NCBI RefSeq assembly: GCF_963921235.1
Contig: NC_086107.1
Coordinates: 92,816,001 to 92,880,000, forward strand
Direction of reading: 5' to 3'
Origin: Mobula hypostoma
Taxonomy: Eukaryota
Length of the DNA: 64,000 bases
Positions 62,902-64,000 of this stretch are shown here, piece by piece. The position numbers were made by a program, and so were the translations under genes. The notes under the pieces were generated by a model. The model made no database searches. It had not been told where the DNA came from and saw nothing but the letters and a program-made list of their open reading frames with translations. How positions within the stretch are numbered: position 1 is the first letter of the stretch; each line of letters begins with the position of its first letter.

Positions 62902-64000
62902 CAGGGCCAGACTTTAGGCTGGGCTGCAGCCCAGAGGCCAGAGCTGCAGAGGGGCCCAAAATAGCTAGCTATCATCATAGCAGACAAAAAAAGAATACAA
63001 GAGGGGAGCACAGAAAAGAAAAAAGAAACAAGAAAAAGAGGACCGTGAGAAGGAAGCATTTGAAAAAGACATTGAAATCGACAGAATTTTTTAAACTTGT
63101 TCTCGATGATGCAGCAGTACCATCGCTCTTTTCACAGTCTGAGACCGGTGGATAAATGGAGACTTGTTCAACAGCTAGCGCTAGCACCAGCATTAGCACA
63201 GGACCACCGCCCTTACCACAGTCAGCAGCTAACGTTGAAGAGGCAGAGGGCATGACTTTGGGATTCCCAACCACAGAGGCCTCCGAACAACCAAGTTGGG
63301 CCACCATTAATGTTAACGTTACCGGTACTGAGGATCCTTACAGCACTGATCCTGCTCGCTGGGGAAAGGAAACGCTAGCTGATTCAGTCCAAACATACTG
63401 GGCTAAGAAAGGGCCGGAGTCCTGCTAGATATCAAAGCTTCGGAACGAGTATCAAAGCAACAGAGACGTTTTTTCTAATTTCACTTCAAACGCAAGCTCG
63501 TAAATGCTGAGTACACATCAAGGCAATGGCTCTTACATTCCCCTTCCACCGGCTGTGTGTTTTGTTTTGCAAGCCGCATCTTCAGTGATGGTGACTGTCA
63601 GTCCATCTTCGAAACTGGCTTTAGCGACTGGAAACATGCCGCTGAGCGCATAGGAGAGCATGAAAATAGCGAACACCGCAGGAAAACAATACTGACCTAC
63701 GTTATACTAGCATCTGACAGCAGAAGAATAGATACAGAAATGCAAAAACAGTTCAAGTCAGAGTGTGTCTACTGGACCGACGTATTGAGAAGAGTGGTGA
63801 CGGTTGTGAAGTTTTTGGTCAAGAGGGGACTGGCTAGCCGAGGCTCCAGTGACATATTTGGCAGGCCTGATAACGGCAGCTACATGGGCATTCTGGAGGT
63901 AATAAGTGAGTTTGACACGTTTTTGAAGGTGCACATACAGAAATTTGGAAATGCAGGATAGGGCACCCCTTCATATCTTGCACCTAAAACATGTGAGGAG
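62902..64000 (+). mobile_element. hAT transposon (ZMYM1/Tip100-like transposase pseudogene), running off the window
   Basis: Probable TIR start cagggccag; RQWLLHSPSTGCVFCFAS, GFSDWKH...HENS, VVKFLVKRGLASRG; in-frame stops. Confidence 0.85.

Noticed and set aside
62902..64000. Host ZMYM1-like gene
   Set aside because: In-frame stops and frameshift, a TIR-like start and a position abutting a Rex LINE indicate a dead hAT transposase

Overview
This is repeat-dominated vertebrate genomic DNA with no host protein-coding exon I can identify. The repeat set (HE1-like V-SINEs, HER1/CR1 LINEs, Rex-Babar LINEs, abundant Penelope termini) points to a cartilaginous fish, probably a ray; this is an inference. 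Most of the window is nested, mostly decayed transposable elements: Rex-Babar, CR1, L2, L1/Tx1 and RTE-related non-LTR elements, two SINE families, Tc1-derived non-autonomous elements, two hAT elements, and Ty3/Gypsy and BEL/Pao remnants. The most striking system is a Neptune-type Penelope-like retroelement (PLE) family. It comprises a near-intact 3.07-kb RT plus GIY-YIG copy with a 12-bp TSD (37842-40913) and more than a dozen short derivatives of its terminal repeat, which carries a minimal type-I hammerhead ribozyme. Several derivatives are TSD-bounded inserts of about 75-215 bp, including fold-back palindromes with a 33-35 nt one-sided tail, and several have 5' ends at the ribozyme stem I boundary. 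Short unique islands between repeats look like non-coding regulatory candidates. These include a ~170-bp element present twice (14.2 and 18.4 kb), a possible promoter/first exon after a long GA tract (8.15-8.35 kb) and a CTCF-like motif. Family assignments come from motif recognition only, and boundaries without a stated TSD are approximate.
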